Assembly: GCA_965202585.1 (NCBI GenBank)
Contig: OZ241829.1
Location: forward strand, 11,842,001-11,906,000
Origin: Thalia democratica
Lineage: Eukaryota
DNA: 64,000 bases
Reading direction: 5' to 3'
Position numbers and translations under genes: made by a program
Notes under the pieces: model-generated
What the model was told of the DNA's origin: nothing
Databases searched by the model: none
Seen by the model: only the letters and a program-made list of their open reading frames with translations
Shown here: piece after piece, positions 52,501 through 62,580 of the stretch
Position numbering within the stretch: the first letter of the stretch is position 1
How the letters are laid out: every line of letters starts with the position of its first letter

Positions 52501-53050
52501 GCAACAACTAAAATAAAACTGTATTTAACTGTTTTTTAAAACTTAATTTAAGAGAATTGTCTGAAAATTTAATCAATTTAAGTTTTTACGCTATTTTTAT
52601 GTTTTTTCTATAAAGGTTGATTAATTTACGTATAAATAATTTTCGGTTGCTAAGTGCTTTAAATATAACTTTTAAAAATATACTATTTTATAACTTAATA
52701 ATTACATATATTAAGAATTTTTTTAAGTTAAAACTAAAATAAGCTTCTAAAAACTTCAAAAAAACTAGGAATTAATAAAATTGAAAATGTTTAAAAATAA
52801 TAATGTTGTAAAATAGAACAACAAAATAGTTTAAAGTAAACTGACCCTGTAAAGTTCCAGTAAAACAACATACTTAAAAATAAACTAACCCTGTAAAGTT
52901 CCAGTGAAACAACATAGTGAAAAACAAACTAATCCTGTAAAGTTCCAGTGAAACAACATAGTAAAAAATAAACTAACCCTGTAAAGTTCCAGTGAAACAA
53001 CATAGAAACAGCAACGCTAAAAACGCTGTTGACCCAATTTTGTAATTCAT
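277..53050 (-). CDS. Large secreted multi-module Cys-rich protein (signal peptide + 8 x [Ly6/uPAR-like domain + two helical Cys domains]); 57 exons in window, 3'-incomplete
   Basis: 57 GC-richer exons bounded by AG/GT were translated manually. Every one of the 56 junctions is phase-compatible, giving one ORF of 8663 nt (2887 codons + 2 nt). The Cys pattern and exon sizes (e.g. 109 + 112 nt pair) recur eight times. Confidence 0.92.
790..1140. repeat. Diverged ~170-bp tandem duplication within intron 56
   Basis: ttcaacagagtta…gtttatttgaaaactg…caaaactaa occurs at ~800 and ~972. Confidence 0.75.
5249..9365 (-). CDS. Module 7 (exons 45-51)
   Basis: Exons 9228-9365, 8524-8706, 7715-7820, 6700-6811, 6064-6252, 5822-5973, 5249-5442. 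Lacks two of the 20 conserved Cys. Confidence 0.9.
9761..14386 (-). CDS. Module 6 (exons 38-44)
   Basis: Exons 14246-14386, 12794-12988, 12041-12149, 11395-11506, 10904-11087, 10022-10160, 9761-9915. Confidence 0.9.
12095..12520 (-). repeat. ~120-bp tandem repeat of the exon 40 acceptor + 5' half (3 intronic copies)
   Basis: aatatttcag|A(C/T)ATGCTTTTCATGCCAAGTTG… repeats upstream of the real exon. The most distal copy is degenerate. Confidence 0.92.
14840..18493 (-). CDS. Module 5 (exons 31-37)
   Basis: Exons 18308-18493, 17371-17568, 16552-16660, 16260-16371, 15754-16010, 15449-15529, 14840-15033. Confidence 0.9.
17100..17380 (-). repeat. ~50-100-bp tandem repeats containing the exon 32 donor region
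   Basis: aaacc(g/a)ttttcatttatcatagagtactaaggttaaaa occurs four times downstream of the exon. Confidence 0.88.
18786..33004 (-). CDS. Module 4 (exons 24-30)
   Basis: Exons 32870-33004, 30092-30277, 29196-29304, 24799-24910, 19763-19932, 19258-19419, 18786-18964. Exon 30 ends in a Thr-rich stretch (EPETTTTET). Confidence 0.9.
25335..29278 (-). repeat. Exon-derived tandem array: 30 units of ~132 bp (3' part of exon 26 + splice donor + ~58 nt intron)
   Basis: The unit is directly visible, with 30 copies of cttacttgc counted. The top unit is the real end of exon 26 (…VLEKTYECAALYATDMPYSDLNNC|gtaag). Confidence 0.97.
32320..32906. repeat. ~320-bp tandem duplication including the last ~37 nt of exon 24 and a donor
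   Basis: 32321-32521 aligns to 32643-32843. gcccttgatgaaatcgaatctttcgacgtaac is present at ~32611 and ~32877. Confidence 0.88.
33354..37290 (-). CDS. Module 3 (exons 17-23)
   Basis: Exons 37141-37290, 36554-36742, 35844-35952, 35167-35278, 34143-34317, 33761-33914, 33354-33502. Confidence 0.9.
37305..37600. repeat. 30-bp minisatellite (~10 copies) directly upstream of the exon 17 acceptor
   Basis: aagtttgttttt(tatgg/tacag)tattttttat(c/a/t)tt repeated. Confidence 0.95.
38617..43211 (-). CDS. Module 2 (exons 10-16)
   Basis: Exons 43083-43211, 42647-42829, 41872-41980, 40098-40209, 39467-39607, 39054-39253, 38617-38810. All 20 Cys positions are conserved. Confidence 0.9.
43498..43671 (-). CDS. 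Exon 9: acidic Thr/Ser-rich linker with Ser-Gly dipeptides
   Basis: 174-nt phase 1-1 exon: DKTGSGEKSVEGSGLTTGTTENVDEKVTENVDEKVDEKVDETPTESIIVEGSAFAGFP. Contains internal 12/24-nt repeats. Confidence 0.8.
44406..52028 (-). CDS. Module 1 (exons 2-8)
   Basis: Exons 51882-52028, 50340-50534, 49461-49569, 48399-48510, 47284-47505, 46072-46190, 44406-44602. Translation EVLTCATG...CKVEVCNTSLCT...LLPSC...AFCP...PDCDLS. Confidence 0.9.
48650..48800. repeat. ~16-bp subrepeat array (ttcgtgcaaWWttgtc-like, ~9 copies), possibly a dispersed-repeat remnant
   Basis: The motif (t/c)cgtgcaa recurs at ~16-bp spacing in intron 4. Confidence 0.75.
52835..53003 (-). repeat. 44-bp tandem repeat of the signal-peptide exon 3' end + donor (4 copies)
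   Basis: cctgtaaagttccagt(g/a)aaacaacat at 44-bp spacing. One copy has the donor GT changed to AT. Confidence 0.93.
52978..53050 (-). CDS. Exon 1: start codon and signal peptide MNYKIGSTAFLALLFLCCFTGTLQ(G)
   Basis: ATG at 53050, basic N-terminus and hydrophobic core. The 73-nt exon ends in phase 1 at a GTTAGT donor, matching phase-1 exon 2. Confidence 0.88.
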
Positions 53051-54699
53051 TTTGAATAACACTACTATGCTGTATAAATTAAATTATTTTTAGTTCAATT
53101 AAAATGAATATAAAACAGCAAACGATAATTTCGATGATATTCAAAAGTATGTCTATACAGATAAAGTACATAAATAAAATACAAAAATGCTAATACTAAA
53201 ATAAAATAAAAAAGAAAACAGTTGCTATGTTGAAAAAAATAATAAGTTGAGCAGTCTTAAATTTTTCTTTAAACAACTTTCTTTACTTTATCACAAACCA
53301 TTTATACAAATTATTTCAAACAAAAAAAAAACAATATTATAATAAATTTAAACAATGTTTACTTTTGTTGTCTCATTAAAGTAATATTTGCTTCTAGTAA
53401 ATTATAAACAAAAGTACATTTTTTAAATAACAACTAAAATTATTTTGAGAACAACGTAAAAGTATTTTTTTAATTGGCGCTAGGCTAATTCTTTTGATAT
53501 GAGCAAATCAAAATAAACTATTTTTAAAGTTTTCTCAGAATTTAAAACATTTATTTTAATCTAAAAAGAAACTTTAAACTATTTATGTTTTAAAATTTCA
53601 AAAAAAAACCAAAGTAATTTATCTCTTATATAACATAGCTTATCGAATATTTTAAGTAAAATTTTACTGATTTTATAAATATTAGACAAAATATTTTAGG
53701 CTACATTGTTTACAATATAACATTTTAAATTTATATACTATTTCATAAACCACTTTATTTCAGATGATATTACTAAAAACATCAATACTGAAAAGGGATA
53801 GGTTAAATAAAGTTGTTATTTTTTTCCGATAATCTAGTAGACTTGTAGTCAAAATTTGATTCGTATTACTAAAAAACAATCAATTATCACTCAAAACGCC
53901 CTTTAAAAGTTTAATAATTTAACAACAAACTATTTTTATACTTTTTTATGTGTTTTGTACACAAAACATAGCAAAATTTTCAGCTAGAACCTTAACTCTT
54001 TAGTATCTTGTTTTTAACCACTTTAATTATGCCTGATTCTCGTATAACTATTAAACGCATTAAAATCAAGGCGTGTTGAAGTTTTTTATAATCATTTAAT
54101 ACAATTTAATTATTGATGCGCTCTTTGTGGAACCGTTATCAAACAATACAATCAGAAAAATTCTTCTAAGTTGTTTTTTTTAATTGAGATACTTTTAATG
54201 AAATATCTCTATTTGATTATTTTTTTCAAAGGTAGAAAATAGAAAAGTTATCAAAAAAAAAAACTTAACCGGTAAAGCGGTTATACTTAAGTTTTAATAT
54301 AGTAACTTAAGCATATAAATAATTAGATTTGAAAACTATAAGGCTTAAGTTTTTATAAAGACATATCCAAACTAAGTAGACTACGAATCTTTTCCATTAA
54401 AAGTTTTCTTTCTGAAAGCCTAGAGCTCACTTGTTAAATAAATAATTAAAATTTATACAAATGTGTTTTATCAAACATTTATTCTTTGTTGAACTTATAT
54501 TCTCTCTGAGCTAAATACTTACGCGTAAAACACAAAATTTTGGTGTTTAATTTTTTTTTTACTATGTATTTTATTTGAATTTTTTTGACAAGACAATAAC
54601 ATAATTGGTTATAATTAAAATGTTGCATATCTTGCGAAACCATTTCAAATTAAATTAAAAAGGTAATTTTGACTATTGCAGTTTTAACTAAAAATTCTA

Positions 54700-55420
54700 T
54701 CGATATCTTTAGGCACAGTTCCACTAAAACACGTGACAACACTTGTTTGTGTGAAACAGTTTAATCATAGTAAATATAAATGAACAAAAAACTAAATAAG
54801 GTTCGAGTCTTAAAACAAAGGCTAGCAAACATCAAAAATTAAAAAAAAGCAAACTTATATTCACAATCTCAATTTTTTATGGAATTTCGAAACAAGCCGT
54901 TCCGAACTGAAAATATTTTTATTTTTCAACGCAAGCAAAACATACACAGAAAGTTATTTCACAAATTCGAAACCCTCGAAACTGCCTAAAGCAAAACTGC
55001 AACGAAAAGCTTTGGTTTTCCCTGAAAACGCACTTAAGTTATTAACCAGCCGCCTCTCACAAACAACTTCAAAATGTTTTGCAATTGTCGCACGGTCGTA
55101 ACTTTATCAGTAGAATGCGCACGAAGCCCCGGGGCAAGATTGCTTTCAGCGGAAATATGAAAAAATGCACTTTCGACACTCAAACTGCATTAGGTCGCTG
55201 CGTTTAATTAAACAATTAATTTAACTGACTCTATGAGCTATATTGATTTTTGTTTACACTTTTAAACACAATGTAATCGCTTTTGCGGCAAATTTTTACG
55301 TAAAGATCACGTATTCACAAATCTGAAAAACTTAAACCGGTTTATCGAGTGTAATTTGCTCGTATTTTCGAGTACTGGCAGATCTGATTACAACGGATTA
55401 TCTCTTTTTGTTTGTGATAA
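54700..55420. promoter_or_regulatory. Candidate regulatory/promoter region upstream of the large gene
   Basis: Locally GC/CpG-richer, non-coding island 1.7-2.4 kb upstream of the ATG, with CACGTG at 54730-54735. Composition evidence only. Confidence 0.25.
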
Positions 55421-57748
55421 GAATCTTTTTGTTTGTAATAAAAAGTATTTGAACAACCATGACTCAAACAAACAACTTTTAACTTAGAAACAAAATAAAA
55501 TATACTATAGAGATTTTGTGGTTTTAAGCAAAGTTACATGTAAATTTTAGACTTATTCTTTTTAATTGGTTTGTTTTTATAAAATCATTAAGTTTAAAAT
55601 TTCTACTTTATTTGTAAAAGAGATTAAGTTGTGTAACTTCTAGTGTTTACTAAATTATTAAAACTTGCTATGATTTTTTAATTGGTTAATAATCGTTGAA
55701 AAGCTAAAAGGAAAAAACAAGTTATAGGTCTACTAACAAATTAAAAAAAAAAGTTAAGGTCCGTTGTATCCGTTGGTCACTAGTTAAAAAAAATCGAAAA
55801 GTTCTATTTGATTAATTAACTTACAAAATTCCTATAAGCTGCAATTTTTTCTCTGAAAAGTTATTAACTACAGTTTCTTTTTTATCAGTCTTTTATTATC
55901 AATATTTTAAATGAAAGAAAGTCTATTTTATCTAAGCTAGTAAAGAAATTTCAAACTATATTTTAATAAAACAAAGTTTTAAATTTTTAACTTATAGTCT
56001 TATAGTAAGTTATTTGATTTTTACAGGTAAATATTTTTGATTAGAAAATAAAAAAGTAAACCCTAAAACATATGACCATGTAACTATGGCCTCTACTGAC
56101 CAAGTGTTCAATTGCTATAAAACGTTGAGAGCTTTGTTAGACTGGCTTTTACTACAAACTAAAGTTTTTCAAGTGTATAGAAAAAAATAACTAAAATTAA
56201 AAAATATAAATCCGATTTTTTTATTAACTTTGATTAGTAATTTAAAAAATCAACTTGTATTATTGAAACAAATATGTGTTTTAATAGCTTTTTCAAATTC
56301 ATCAACTTTTTTTTATTGACAATCTTACAGTTCAAGTACGGCTAAAGGATATCGTAAGTCAGTTACCGTGAAAGAAATTGATAAGACAAAAACATAACAA
56401 TGAAAAATAATAAAATGTTAATTAAAGTTGAAGTTGACAAAAGTAGCTAGAAAACCAAACGTTCTACGTTTAGTCTGAAATAAGTCTGATTTGCATATTT
56501 ATAGAATCAGAATTTCTTTAAATGTTTTTTTTATTTTTTAGTTTAGACTCATTCTTAGCCCACCTTACCTTAATACATAAAAATAGTAAATAAATAAATA
56601 AAAGTAATTAATAAATAGTTAAAAAAAATTTATTTACTAATAACTAATTAATAGTAGTTAACAATTAATAAACAGTTAATAAACTTAATAATCAATATGA
56701 TTAATAATAAAGTTATTAAATTGATAATTTATTAAAAAATAAATAAAAAATTAATTTTATTATAATTAATTACTAAATTAATAAAATAAATATATAGATT
56801 AATTTAATTAATAATCAAATTAATAAACTAATAAATTTAATTAAAATTAAAAAAAAAAAAAAGTTTTAATAACTAAAACTAAAAATTACATAAAAACAGC
56901 TTATATTGCTGACGCAGCAAATATGCAAATCAAACTGAATTTTATGTATACTAGCCCAATATTTATAAGAATTCGTTTAAAGGTCAAAAGTATTCCGTAA
57001 AATCGAACTTTTAAATAAAACAAAAATTAAAAGTAAAACTGTCCCACAACTTTAATAAAATATTGATAAGAATAAAAAGAGTTGTATTTTCAAGCCTGTG
57101 TTTAATGAATTTTTTTGTTTAAAACTAATTCAAATTAATTATTAAAGTTGTGAAAATGTTAAAATGTATGATAAAATTATTTGAATTAGTTGAAGACGAT
57201 TTTTTCGTTTCGTTTATTTTTTTCTCACAATGACTATTAAAACTTTATTATGTACTTTAATTTGGAAGCTTACTTTTAAAGAAGCTTTGAACCTGGTAGA
57301 TTTTGTACAAACTATGTTGGTCATTGACAAATTTGCTAACTATCTGTTGCTAACAAATTTGCATACTAGTTATTAACAAATTTGCATAACAACATTAAGT
57401 GATGACAACTTGTCAACTACATTCAATACTTGAAACAACCTTCATAATTATATGCTATACTAAGGTCTGCCCACATAAATTCATACAAGCATATCAGGGC
57501 AGATGATTAAATGATTTGATCTTGATCAAAGTATTTTTAAGCTTTTTGGCAAAGTATGAAAAAATAAATAAAACTTAGTTCTAGAAAGTTTTTAGATGCT
57601 TATTCTCTTATTGAAGTACCTAAAATCAGTGTTAACTTTTACATGTTAATTAGTAAAGTTTCGATTTTACATAAACAATATATATGAATTGATAGATAAA
57701 AACTTTTTATCACTATCAAACTTTTTTACCAGTCAAATACACATTTAA

Positions 57749-58321
57749 GGGCATAGGGGGGAGTAGGGGGTTGCTTTTTACATATTTTATAAACTCAAAA
57801 TATTTTTTGAGATATAGGTGGTCAAAGTGGAGGTTACAATAGGTTCCTTAGAGGGGCGCAAACTATAAAACGGTGAATACCTAGTACTCACTAAAAATCT
57901 ATGTCCTCTTACGTTTTTTGAGATAACTACCACATTTTTTTATGTAGAGCTCCAAAACCTTTATACAACAAAAAACAAAAGAAAATTGTTTTATTTGTTA
58001 ATGTTTTTAATAAATTTCTTTATCTTCTAATTTTTAAAACTTAGTTCTGACAGAATTTTCTAAAATCTGCAAAGGAACATTTCCTAAAATTTTAAGGTAT
58101 TTATCTCAAAAAAAAAGTAGCAGAAGATAGATTTAGTGATATAGTCTTTTTTCCGTTTTTAGTTTGCGCCTTCCATTAGGAACCTATTAAACCAACTTTG
58201 ATCTCTCATATCTCAAAAATTACTTTGAATTTTTTCAAGCAATTAAAAATATCTGATAGCTCAGATAAAACTTAAACAATAGGATCAATGTGTAAAAATC
58301 AAGATGGGACCCCCTATGCCC
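57749..58321. mobile_element. Kolobok-like MITE (573 bp)
   Basis: 12-bp TIRs GGGCATAGGGGG/CCCCCTATGCCC flanked by TTAA on both sides, with long imperfect subterminal inverted repeats. A TTAA TSD with purine-purine 5' termini is characteristic of Kolobok rather than piggyBac. Confidence 0.8.
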
Positions 58322-58885
58322 TTAAAGTACATAAAAACAGTGTTTACAAAGCAAATTACCAATAGTTCAAAACTACAAGGTCTTTCTCCACTTTAAGCCA
58401 TTGACTTTAGTTTTGAGTTTTTAATTTTTTTTTTCTTGAATTAGATATTTCAATCTTAGTGCTAGTCAGACGTCCTGTTTAACTATACTGGGTAATTTTT
58501 GTAAGAAAGTATACTTTTCTCTAAAACTTATTAAATATATCATATAAATTTTAAAATAGTTTTTATTTGATTATGTTTGTTGTTTATTTATAACTTATGT
58601 GATTGTTTCAAGTAAATACTGTATTGTTTTTAAGCATAAATTGTTGATGAAAATCAGAAATTTTTTTACAAGTAGATATTTTTCCATTGAAATTATACTT
58701 ACTTGTCTAACCCATCATTATTGTTTGACAAAGTATGAAAATTTTGAGATACAAAGTTGAAAATTTTTAAATATTATTCAAGAAAGTTGTTAATTGCAAA
58801 GGGAAAGACAACTTCATTAAAAGTACAACCTTACATGCAGCTAATATTAAATCATTTAAGTTTTTTCTTCTATAATTGTTAGTTT

Positions 58886-59200
58886 GGGCATAGGGAGGGG
58901 TGTCCACCTTTATTTTTACAAGTTGATCTTATTTAATAGAGTTATATCTGATCTATTATAAATTTTTAACTTCTTAAAAAAATCAAAGTAATTTTTGAGA
59001 TACAAGCGATCAAAATTGGTAACCTCAATAGGTTCCTAATAACAGAAAAAAGAGTATTTATTAAAAATCTATATTATCCTTCATTTTTAACCAATAATTT
59101 CAAATTTTCACAAAAAATCCATTATTAAATTTAAAAAGACTAAATGCAGGAATTTTTAAAATAAAAAAAGATATTAAGCACCACCTAATTTTTTATTTAT
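58886..59200. mobile_element. Truncated 5' fragment of the same MITE family
   Basis: GGGCATAGGGAGGGG start followed by ttttgagata…caataggttcct. No right TIR seen; the right boundary is approximate. Confidence 0.55.
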
Positions 59201-59451
59201 TTTAATACTTTTAAAAATCGCAACATCATAGAACTTTTTGAATTTGTGATAAAATTGATTATGAAAAATTTTCTTACACAGGTATAAATATTCTTACATA
59301 ACTTTTCTAGAAAAAAATTAAAAGTTATACTAATATGAAATAACTTATATTTTATGTTGTTAGAGCTTTATTAGGGTCCGAGAGTTTTTTTATAATTTTA
59401 ACTTTAGCTCTTATTTAAAAGCTGAAAGTTAAGCTATAAGTTAATTATCAT

Positions 59452-59615
59452 TAGTGATGTACCCCGGATCCGGACTTTTTTTTCAAATTAGAATCCGGCC
59501 GGAACCAGATCCGGACTTTTTTTTCAAATTAGAGTCCGGCCGGATCCGGATATTAGACAAAAATGGCAATATTCGGCCGGACCCGGACCCGGATAGTGAG
59601 TCCGGTACATCACTA
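59452..59615. mobile_element. hAT-type MITE (164 bp)
   Basis: Perfect 12-bp TIRs (TAGTGATGTACC/GGTACATCACTA) and an exact 8-bp target-site duplication ATTATCAT (59444-59451, 59616-59623). Internal CCGGAT/ATCCGG subrepeats. Confidence 0.9.
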
Positions 59616-61280
59616 ATTATCATTAAGTTTAAAACTTGTTTTCAGTTTAAAGATGTACTATTTCAAGCTTAAAACATTTATTTAAAGGAGGGCATTCATT
59701 CCAATTATCTAAAATTTAGGTAGATATTAAATAAAAAAATTATCTCGGGTTTTTAACACAATTGACAACAAAAATTCATGGAGTGTTCATTGCATAATTA
59801 TAAAGAAACTTGTTGCAGCATTTAAAAATAAATAATGGATATTTAAAAATTAGGAACTGTGGAGTGAAAAGTTTACCTTAATGTAAAAATGGTTGATTTA
59901 TTCTTGAAAAAAAAAAATCAAAGTTTTCTTTCTGAATTTTAATTAACAATTTAATCTAAAACTTTTACAAATAGAGATCATATCTATAAATTTTTAATCT
60001 TTTTTGATCTTTATCCTGGTAAGCCTTCAAAGTTTGTGAGATAATAGCTCACATGGACCATATAAATGTACATATCATGAAAAAACTTCAGCGTAGTAAA
60101 TTCTTATAACACTATAATTTAATAATGATCATATATTAAGAAAGCTACTAATTGTACTTAAAAACAATCTATAACTTTTGAGATGTAGTATGCAGAAGAC
60201 TTCAATTTAAAAAAGTTTTTGCACTATTATAAACAGCTTTTAAATTTTTATTAAATAAAAAAATATTAGAAACTTGAAAGTTGCTTCAAAGAAATTGATA
60301 AATGATATAAACTCAGCTTAGAAAAGATTGTTTAACTTTTTTTAAAAAAGTTGTTGCAAAACAAGGTTTGCACCTTTTTAAAGAATCTGTTGAACTCTTC
60401 AAAATTAGCCCCCTGTATTTCAATAGTTACTTTTAATTAAGAAAACTGTTTAAAGCAATAATAATTTAAACAATAATAATTTAAGCAATAGTGTCTTTAA
60501 TAACAATGTAAAAATATAACAAATTCAAAAAATCAGTTAAACTTTTTAAGGTCCTTAAGCTTTCAAAGTTACATTTTTATATTATGTTATTTTGTTAAGG
60601 TTTTAATTATTAAAAAAGTAAACAATAATTTAGAAGCTTAATGACAGTGTCTTTTTTATTTAATTTAAAGTTGATTTCTTTTTTCAAAAGTAATAGTTTG
60701 TTCATCTTTAAAAAAGAGTTTGACCATTTTTGGGTAATTATCTAAAATTTAAAGATAAATATAAATAAGTAATGAAGTAGCATTCTATTGATTAGTGAGG
60801 TTTTACTGTGTACATAATCTTGGTTTAATTTCCATTTACATTTATTTATTAAAAAACAGTTATCAATATAGTTTTGTAGTAATAATTATGGCGATTAGTT
60901 TTACACCGTTTAATAGATTAGTTTTCTAAGTTTTTGTACTTATAATTCATATATTAGGCTTACTTATTTTAATTATTGGTACATGGATTTATTCTTAACT
61001 TCCATAAATAATTTTGTTAAAATATAATTACAATATTTTGTTAAAGCGGTGCAGTGCTCCAAAACGTTTTAAATTGGTAATTAAAGGTAAGTTATAAGTT
61101 CTAAAAGTAAAGTAGCTTGTATATAATAAAAAATACATAAAATTTTAAGTTGTTTTCAATGTTGTAAATTGTTTTCTACAAAAGCGTATATAAGACAAGA
61201 TAATCTCTTTAATGTCAATTTTGTTAAAAATATATAGTCAACTAAAATTTAAACTCATCTTTTATATTAAAGATTAAATA

Positions 61281-61809
61281 CAGGGTTCCCACTTTAATAT
61301 AAAATCTACAATTCCTTATAAATCCCTATATATTTGCAATATTCTTAAAAATTCCTAAAAAAACAGAAAATAAGTGAAAATCCCTGGAAATTACGTTTCT
61401 TGCTTGATGATTGAAATTTAAAATCCAAAAAAGCAACACAACGTAGTGAAAATAATGATATTTTCTATTTTATTAAATCAAAATCTTTGCAAACTCATTA
61501 GAAAAATGTGACTCTATAGCATCACTTTGTGGATATGTTTTTTTCCTTTTTTAATCAAATACAGTTTATCCAAAGTTTGCTTATTTTACTAAAGTTAGAG
61601 CTCTAAAACCCTCAAACTATCGCAAATTTCTTATTAAGACTGTCTTTATAATCGGTTGATGACATGTTTAACTTTGAGTACCTTAAAAATATGTTAGTAA
61701 AATTTTTAGTTTAAAATTAAAAAATTTTTTTTTTGATAATTTTCCTATAAATTTGCTATACTTAAAGGATTTTCTTATAAAAGTTCTTAAAATTTTGGTG
61801 GGAACCCTG
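61281..61809. mobile_element. MITE with CAGGGTTCCCAC TIRs (529 bp), superfamily uncertain
   Basis: Perfect 12-bp TIRs. Flanks read TAAATA on both sides, compatible with a TA TSD or a 6-bp repeat. Confidence 0.8.
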
Positions 61810-62580
61810 TAAATACCTCTGAACTTCCTAAAATAGTTTAAAAGTTGTAAAAAATATAATTTGAAACAGTTTAATATAAAATTCTATATAGCCAAATGTC
61901 TTATAAAAGACTTAATGAAAAATCTATTTTGAAATTTATTTTTAATTATATCTATCATGGTTTTTTGTTTTGTTTGATTTTTTAAAGCATTTTTTGTACA
62001 TAACATACTAACGATATTAGTAATATCATAAGAACTTCTTTAATTTTCAATTAACAGCTTGCCAAAAATCTTTAATCTTATAAAAACCTGGAATATACAT
62101 TTAAAGTAGCTTTACAACATCTTTTAATGTTGTTATAATAATAAAGACAGTGTTTTACCTAAATCTTAGTTTTAAAATAAAAAAATACTTCAAAAAATTG
62201 AAGCTTTAAAACCTGGAAGAATTTTAAAAAAACCTGGAAGAAATTTCCTATTAAATTTTGTCAATTAAACTTCTAAAAAACCTAAGAGCTAAAGTAAAGT
62301 TTTCAAAAGTTAGATCAACTAGTAAATAATGAGTATGACCCCTTACTGTGCCTGGTCTAAGCATAATATTACTTACTTAATCTATAATACATTTTATAAA
62401 AGTGTTATTTTTCAATATCAAGATTTTATTATATCTTTAGTGCAGTGTTATCTTAAATACAGTCAGCTTGAAAGTTGTAAGGTTAACATTTGTAGTAGTT
62501 ATTAGTTTAGAAAATTCTTTTTATATGAACTTTTTTCTGTACAGTAAATACCAATGGGCAAATCTCAAAAATTAGTTTAA

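Noticed and set aside
277-53050. Several tandem genes instead of one
   Set aside because: Only one signal-peptide/ATG exon was found, there are no stops at module ends, and all inter-module junctions are phase 1-compatible.
277-53050. Non-canonical (non GT-AG) introns
   Set aside because: All 56 introns could be placed with GT…AG ends while keeping frame and Cys register.
56580-56885. Extremely AT-rich tract
   Set aside because: Low-complexity sequence with no periodicity or structure I could define.
59454-59672. 72-aa ORF rich in PDPD
   Set aside because: It lies within the hAT MITE subrepeats.
60395-60420. CCCCCTGTA Tc1/mariner-like right end
   Set aside because: No left TIR was identified.
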